In this document: positions 61,581 to 62,667 of the stretch, one piece after another
Position numbering within the stretch: position 1 is the first letter of the stretch
Layout: the number at the start of each line of letters is the position of its first letter
Origin: Vicugna vicugna
Lineage: Eukaryota
Direction: 5' to 3'
NCBI GenBank assembly: GCA_013265495.1
Contig: MU058531.1
Location: 1,170,678 to 1,233,344 of the forward strand
Length of the DNA: 62,667 nucleotides
Notes under the pieces: model-generated
The model's input: only the letters and a program-made list of their open reading frames with translations
Told to the model about the DNA's origin: nothing
Database searches by the model: none
Position numbers and translations under genes: made by a program

Positions 61581-62667
61581 GGGACTTCCGGGCAAGATGG
61601 CGGAGTAGAAGGACGCTTGTAAGTCACCCTCTCCCACAAATACACCAAGACCCACATCTACAGACCCACTCAGCCAACCAGAGCACCTGCGGAACTCCAA
61701 CAGATCATCGCCCTCTTCAAAAGATAAAGACGCCAAAAATCTGGTAGGAGAAAAGGAAAAAAGAAAGAACAAAAGGCAAAGCAGCGCGGGACGGGTCCCG
61801 CGGGAAGGGAGAGGCAAAGGAGGACTGGCGCTCGTTCGCTGGGTCTCCCCTCTCCAACTGAGAGGCCAGCGGGACGGAGGGGGAGCCTCCGAGGCTCGGA
61901 TCTGTACAGAGCAGCCCTTGTCTGACAGAACTAAGTTAAACGGGCACAGAGCGTCCCCCCGACACCCAGCCTGAGACGCGGGCCAGCAGCGGCGGGCAGG
62001 GCCAGGCTGCACAAGCCGGGCGGAGGACNNNNNNNNNNNNNNNNNNNNNNNNNNNNNNNNNNNNNNNNNNNNNNNNNNNNNNNNNNNNNNNNNNNNNNNN
62101 NNNNNNNNNNNNNNNNNNNNNNNNNNNNTTGATGTGCTTCGGGGGAAGGGTGCGTACCCCCATCTCTGAAAACCCGCGGAAACTTTTCGGGGGAAGAGGG
62201 GCGGGGCCCAGGCAGAGCCGCCATATTCTCCGGCGCTTAGCACCCAGGCGGGGGCAGAGGCGAGACCTGCGTCCGCGCCGAGGGGCTTGGCAGCCTCGAA
62301 GGCCAGACTGAGACGGGCCTACAGCCCGGGGCAGATAGGATCCTTCCATTCTGCTACCCCAGAGAACTTGGTCCACGGGGACAAACAGGCAGCTGGGTCT
62401 TGGCTCGGAGCAGGGACGAGGCTGCCCCTCGGTCTTCCCCGAGCCCACCCGCGGCGCGGGACCAGGGCGGAGCGCCGGCTCACAGCGCGCAGCCTCACAG
62501 AGGAGCGGAGCTACCGGCGGCGCAGGCAGGGGGAGAGCGGCCCCCCTCCTGTCGGGCAGGAACACAGCCCCTGACCGAGGTGCTGGGAGGGGGCACGACC
62601 CGCCCTCCTGCCTGGCCAGTCTGCAACATCTGACTGCGGCATCCGGAGGGGCAGTGACCCGCCCGCC
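61581..62667 (+). mobile_element. 5'UTR/internal promoter of a young, probably full-length L1 (continues beyond the window)
   Basis: Abrupt switch from AT-rich to CpG-rich DNA; starts gggacttccgggcaagatggcggag (YY1-type motif typical of L1 5' ends); CpGs not depleted. Confidence 0.85.
62029..62128. other. Assembly gap (100 N)
   Basis: Exactly 100 consecutive N. Confidence 0.99.

Noticed and set aside
61563..62565. Long antisense ORFs in the L1 5'UTR (ORF0-like)
   Set aside because: They run through a 100-N gap of unknown true size, and GC-rich DNA is naturally poor in stop codons.
1..62667. CRISPR array, prokaryotic operon or defence system; named host gene
   Set aside because: The sequence is mammalian TE-rich DNA. 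Direct repeats occur only as TSD pairs, and no exon with recognisable protein homology was found to name a gene.

Overview
This window is mammalian, repeat-rich, non-coding DNA (intronic or intergenic). It is most likely camelid, because it carries three copies of a tRNA-Ala-derived SINE of the Vic-1 type plus cetartiodactyl-type L1 3' ends. I found no cellular protein-coding exon, RNA gene or CRISPR array, and no host gene could be identified. The only ORFs with recognisable homology are L1 ORF1/ORF2 remnants. The window is a layered record of transposable elements: ancient MIR, L2, L3 and HAL1; hAT DNA transposons (MER5, MER3, MER53, MER58, MER63, Arthur1, Charlie1); MaLR, ERVL and ERV1 LTRs; and younger L1 and SINE insertions, many with readable target-site duplications (TSDs). 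Subfamily names are by-eye recognition from remembered consensus sequences, and boundaries of old repeats are approximate. The most interesting observations are: (1) a ~200-bp diverged inverted repeat of apparently non-TE sequence (42858-43055 / 43934-44150); (2) a TSD-flanked, tailless insertion made only of the first ~140 nt of an L1 5'UTR (40142-40281); (3) a composite L1 insertion with ~890 bp of captured scrambled sequence inside one perfect TSD pair (8135-9566); (4) a very young twin-primed L1 with nearly intact ORF2 halves (50847-53013); (5) a MER53 hairpin retaining the miR-1302 seed; and (6) the CpG-rich 5' end of a probably full-length young L1 at the right edge, interrupted by a 100-N gap. 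I see no convincing evidence for a wholly new biological system.
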